DNA from: Chloroflexota bacterium
GTDB taxonomy: Bacteria > Chloroflexota > Dehalococcoidia > Lucifugimonadales > HRBIN23
Reading direction: 5' to 3'
Length of the DNA: 64,000 bases
Assembly (NCBI GenBank): GCA_016210325.1
Contig: JACQUK010000112.1
Location: 598 to 64,597 of the forward strand
This document shows, piece by piece, positions 55,701-61,700 of the stretch. The first letter of the stretch is position 1. Every line of letters begins with the position of its first letter. Position numbers and translations under genes: made by a program. The notes beneath the pieces are model-generated. The model was not told the origin of the DNA. It saw only the letters and a program-made list of their open reading frames with translations, and searched no databases.

Positions 55701-58700
55701 AGGGCAACGTCCTGGCGGACGGCGCCGGCGATGGCGTGCGGGTGGTCAGCAACACGGCGGATGGGGTGCAGGACCTCCACATCAACTACAACAACATTCT
55801 TAACCATGCGGGCGTTGGCGTCAGGAACGAGATGGCCGGCAACCCGCAGCCGCCGGTTGACGCCCACTGGAACTGGTGGGGCGACCCGACCGGGCCGCTG
55901 GGACCAACGGGCGACGGGATCGCGGGCAACGTGCAGTGGAGCTCTGACTCCTTCTTGCGCGGCTACGCCCTGTTCGTGGACGACGAGTTTGACGTGGACA
56001 TGCCGGGCTTCGGCGTCCAGTCCTTCTTCGACATCTTCATGGCGGTAGAGGCTGCCGACCTGGAGCAGAACCCGCAGGACAACCCCTGCGCGCCCTCTGG
56101 CGGCTGCGCCATCGTGGTGTGGCCGGGCCGGTACTACGGGCCTATCGAGATCAGGCAGACCACGGACCTGGTGTCGGTGGCGGGCGCCAGGGAGACGTTC
56201 ATCGAAGCCGACGACCCGGAGCCTGTGGTGGAAGCCGAGGGGCCAAACGTGACTGGCTTCCGCCTGCATGGCTTCAACCTGGTGAACAACGATGCGGCTG
56301 GCGCTGGGCTGCGGATGCATGGCGAGTCGGGTGGGCGGCAGGCGTCGTCCTTCTTCGACGTGTTCTTCGCCGTGGACAATATCATCAACCTGGAGCCGCA
56401 GGGCGGCATCGGTATCCAGGCGCAGGACATCCCTGGCGTCCTGAAGATCACAGGCAACACCATCAACTGCGGCGGCACCTGCATCGAGGTGAGCGATACC
56501 GAGTCGGACGTGTTCGTGATGCGGAACACCCTGAACACCGACCAGGGGGCCGGTATTCGCATGTGGAACACGGTTGGCCGGCCCGGCCGGGAGCCGCAGG
56601 GGGCGAATGGCCCCAGCCTCCGCAACCACATCATGGACAACGTAGTCCAGGGCAACGCTGGCCAAGGTGGGCATGGCATCTCGCTGGGCGGCGACGACGC
56701 CGAGGTGCTGCCGAGGGAGATTAGCCGGCTCTTCACCGACGAGTCGGACTGGGCCCAGGGCGAGGGGGTGGGGGTCACCCACACCGCCGTGCCGGGCCAG
56801 ATCCAGTTGAGCGAGACCGGCCAGTTGACCTTCCCCTTCATCTGGATTGCCCTTTCGGGCCGCGGCACCATCGCCAAGGTGGACACGGCCACCGGCGTGG
56901 TGCTGGGCGAGTACGCCTCGGCGCCCGCCGGCATGGGCAAGAACCCGTCCCGCACCACGGTGGACATCAACGGCAACGTGTGGGCGGGCAACCGCGACGA
57001 GTCGGGCGGCAACGCCGGCTCGGTGGTCCAGGTGGGCCTGAGGGAGAACGGCCAGTGCGTGGACCGCAACGCCAACGGCACCATTGAGACTTCGACCGGC
57101 CTGGGCGACGTGAAGCCCTGGGCCGGCCCTGACGTCGCCTCAGCCCAGGACGAGTGCATCATCAAGTTCGTGCGGACGCCGAATGCTCCCAACGTGCGGC
57201 ACGTCTCCGTGGACGGCAACAACGACGTGTGGGTGGGCGGCTACCCGTACTTCCCCACCAGCTTCGTCAAGGTGAGTGGGGGCACTGGGGCCATCCTGGA
57301 CAGCTTCGCTTCGCAGTGCGGTGGGTACGGCGGCCTGGTGGATGGCAACGGCATCCTCTGGTCCGCAGCCATCAGCCAGAGCGTCCTGTTGCGGTATGAC
57401 CCCGTTACCCGGGTGCAGACGTGCATCGGTGTGCCGCTGTCCTACGGCCTGGGTATTGACAGCAATGGGTTCATCTGGAATGCCACCTGGGACGACAACA
57501 GGATCGCGAAGATCGACCCAGCGGGTGTGGTCCAGTTCCTCAAGCCCAGCGGTGGATCGGGCAGCCGTGGCGTGGCGGTCACGCCGGACGACAACATCTG
57601 GGTCGCCAACAGCCACTCCAATACTGTGACCCGGCTGAACAACAACGGCGACCTGGTGGCCATAATCCCCGTTGGTGCTCAGCCCACCGGCGTGGCGGTG
57701 GACGCGGCTGGTAAGGTGTGGGTCACCAACTACGATTCCTGGAACGCCATGCGCATCGACCCGGCCACCAACGCGGTGGACCTGACGGTACCCCTGGGGC
57801 AGAGCGCTTACCCCTACAACTACTCCGACATGACCGGGGCGGTGGTGCTGGGCGCCCAGCACATCGGTAGCTGGCGGACGGTGGTGGACGGCGGCGCCCC
57901 GGGTATTGACTGGGACAACACGGTGGCCTGGACCAGCCAGGAGCCGGACGGGACCTCGGTGGTGGTAGAGGTCCGCACCAGCGAGACCGACGTGTTCTCC
58001 GGCGACCGCATGGAAGTGCAGAACGGCGTGCCCTTCGACGCGCCGCCGGGCCGCTACCTGGAGGTGAAGGTCACCCTGCGCAGCGACGCTGCGGGGGCCA
58101 CGCCCATAGTCGAGGACCTGACGGTGCATGGCGTGGGCCACAACGGCACCTCCAGTGTCCACGTCAGCGGGAACCAGGTGCAGGGCGCCGGCGGCAACGG
58201 TGTGCTGCTCCAGGCCCGCAACGGCCACCAGATGTCCGACGTGGCGGTGGTGGGCAACGACCTGCGCGACAACGCCGGCCATGGGCTGTACGTTGACGGC
58301 GACGGGGGTTTGAACAAGGCAACCGTTCAAGCCCACTACAACAACCTGGTGGACAACGCCGGCAAGGCCATAGACACGACCTTCCCGGAGCCATTCCAGG
58401 CGCAGCTCAACTACTACGGCGCGCCTGGCGGCCCAACGCATCCCAGCAACAACCGGCCGCTCCAGGGCGCCGAGGTGGCAGACGGCGTGGTGTACGTGCC
58501 GTGGCTGGCCACGCCGGTCCACGTGGGCGGCTCCTGGTCCTTTGACCCGAATGTGGAGCTGTACAACGACGCCGGTATGCTGATGGCCCTGTCAGAGCTT
58601 ATCCAGCCGGTGCTGGACATCAACCTGCCCGGCGACACGGTGCTGGTGCGTCCGGGCGAGTACGGTGAGGCCCTGACGGTGCGTGTGCCCAACGTGACGC

Positions 58701-61700
58701 TGGCCTCCTCCAATGGCCAGAACATGACCTCCATCAATCCGGGCGCGCCGGTCGAGGCGGTCGTGGATGTTCTGGGCACGGCCTCAGGCCTGAGCTTTGG
58801 CGAGGGGTTGGTGCCAGGGCCTGATGGCGGCATCCCTGGCTTCGGTTTCACCATCGTCGTGGGGCAGGCGGCCAACGGCATCCGCGTGGTTGGCGCTTCT
58901 GATGTGCTCCTGGCCAATAGCCGCTTCCTGATGGGCGATGCCGCGCCAGGCAGCGTTGCCATCAACGAGGAAGGGGTCCAACGCCTCGCGGTGGTCAACA
59001 GCTTCTTCGACGTGTTCGTCGAGCAGATCGGCATTGGCGGCAGCAGGGGCGGGGACCTGTGGGTCAGCGGGAACGGCTTTAGGGTGCACGGCGGCACGGG
59101 CATCCTGCTGGAGGGTGTCTCCGACGTGCTCATTGGCACCGAAGACCTCAACGGCAACGGTGTCCTGGACGACGGCGAGGACACCAACGGCAACGGTGCT
59201 CTGGACCAGCGCAACACGTTTGTGCTGCCGCACGTCCTTGAAAGAATGGGCGTGGCGATTGACCTGAGCGGCTGTGGGGCCTGCGCGCCGCCTGTGGGCG
59301 CCATGGACCTGACGGTGCGGGGCAACTCCATCGTGGCTGAGGCCGCGGCGGCGGGTGAGGAAGAGGATGGGCAGGCCGGTGCGCAGTTCAACCCGCAGCC
59401 GGAGCCGCCGGGCATCGTGTTCGTCCACGATGGTGGCGCACAGGTTGACGGTGTGTGGATTGTGGGCAACGAGGTCTCGGGCAGCCCCAGGGACGGCATT
59501 GCCGTCATGGTCAACGGGGGCGGCCAGGTCCAGAATGTCCGCGTCATCGGCAACTCGGTGCACGGGAGCGAGGACACCGGCATCCTGCTGAAGGGCCTGG
59601 GTGGCGTCAACGAGGCTGCCAGCAACCAGGTGGGCAGCAACGGTGGCGATGGCCTGCTGATGCAGGACTTCGGTGGCAGGGCCCATGTGGCGGGCAACGT
59701 GCTGGAGGGCAACGCAGACCTGGGCCTGTCGGTGCGCAACGTGAACGATAGCGTCTTCGAGGGCAACGGCATCAGCGCCAACGGCCACGGCGGCGCTTAC
59801 TTCGAGTCCGCGGACGGCAACGAGTTCCGCGACAACAGCGTGATCGGCAACGGTGCCTTTGGCGTGCAGCTCTCTCAATCGCACCAGAACGTGCTGGCCC
59901 ACAACATCGTGGAGCACAACGTTACCGATGGCATGGCGCTGCTCGACAGCACGGGCAACCAGGTGGTGGACAACACCATCCGGGGCAACGGCCGCAACGG
60001 CGTCAGCCTGGTGAACTCCAATGGCGACATGATTGGCGGCGTGGCGGGCATGTCCCTGGACGAGCTGCTGGCCGCGCCCGAGGGCGGCAACCTGATTGAC
60101 GGCAACGGCGGCAGCGGCGTTGGCCTGGTGAACTCCAATGACAACCTGGTGCAGGTCAACCGCATCCGGGGCAACGGCGACCGCGGCGTGGTGCTGGTGG
60201 AGTCGACCGGCAACCTGGTGGGCGGCAACGAGGTCATCGCCAACCGCGACGTGGGCATAGACCTCATCCGGTCGCCTGAGAACAGCGTCCTCAGGAACCT
60301 GATTGCCAACAAGCAGGTGGAGCAGGCGCCAGCGGCAGGTGCGGGCGCTGCGGCGGACGTCAAGCAGCCCAAGGGCCAGCCACGGGTCGGCGAACATGGC
60401 GGGCCGGTGCTGCTGGGCGCTGGCGGCCCTGACGGCTTTGGCTACACCTGGATGGACAGCGACCAGCCGGGCGGCCCGCAGTTCAACTGGGTGGAGATCT
60501 CCAACAGCGGGCAGTGGCTGGGCGACGTCTCCCAGTGCGACGACTGCGCGCAGCAGGTGCCCATCGGCTTTGGTTTCCAGTTCTACGGCAACACCTATGA
60601 CAATCTCTGGGTGGGCAGCAATGGGATCCTGGGCTTCGGGCCGGATGAGGACGATTTCGATTGGTTCGAGAGCTGGATCCCCGACTCCTCTACGCCCAAC
60701 AACGTCATCTCGGCCTTCGGGGATGACCTGCTACCGGGGTCAATGGGCGACGTCTACGTGCAGACGGTCGGCAGCGCGCCCAACCGCAAGCTCGTGGTGC
60801 AGTGGGATGGCGTCACCGACTACAGCTACGAGGAGGCGGACTACACCTTCCAGGTCATCCTGGAAGAGGGGACCAACCGCATCCGCTTCCAGTACCTCTC
60901 CATGGTGCCGCCATACGACGAGTACCTCGGTGAGTGGGCCATCATCGGCATCGAGAACAGCAGTGGGAGCGACGGCTTGCCCATCGCCAATGAAGTGGCT
61001 GACTACGTACACGACGGGCTGGCCGTGCTCATCAGCCCGCCGCAGGGCGAGGAGCCGCCACCTGCTGCGCTGGTGCAACTGGTGGGCATCGGCCTGCTGC
61101 ACTCGGACGGCAACACCATTGCCGGCAACGAGGTCAACGGCAACACCACCGATAGCGAAATCCTGGCGCAGTCGGCTGCGGTGACGGAGCAGGAGCTTGG
61201 CACGCTGCTGAGCAACGTGGGCAGCGCGGCGCCAGGCGAGGGCCCGCACGTGGCGGTGCCAGGCACCCTACTGGGCACCATGCGGGTGCCCGTGCCGAGC
61301 AGCATCGGTGTGTCAGTGGCCTTTGATGGGCAATATATCTACTACACCAACTACGGCGACCGCAACATCTACGTGGTGCGCCCGCCGGCGGCTGCCGACA
61401 TGCTGGCCAGCCCGAACACGCCCATCGTGGGCACCCTGGTCCGCAGCTTCGACCCCGGCGCGTATGTCCAGGCCATGGGCTGGGACAGCAAGCGGCGGGT
61501 GCTGTGGGGCGGCTGGCAGGGCATCAACCAGCCATGTGGCCAGGTGTACCGGATAGACCCGGTCGCTGGCGTGGCAGTGCCGGTCTTCGTGGCCATCTCG
61601 GATAGCTACTGCTTCGACGATGGGATGGCCTACGACGAGGGCGACCCCAACACGGACGCCGACGACAGCCTGTGGATCAGCGATGACGTGTCCCGCAACA

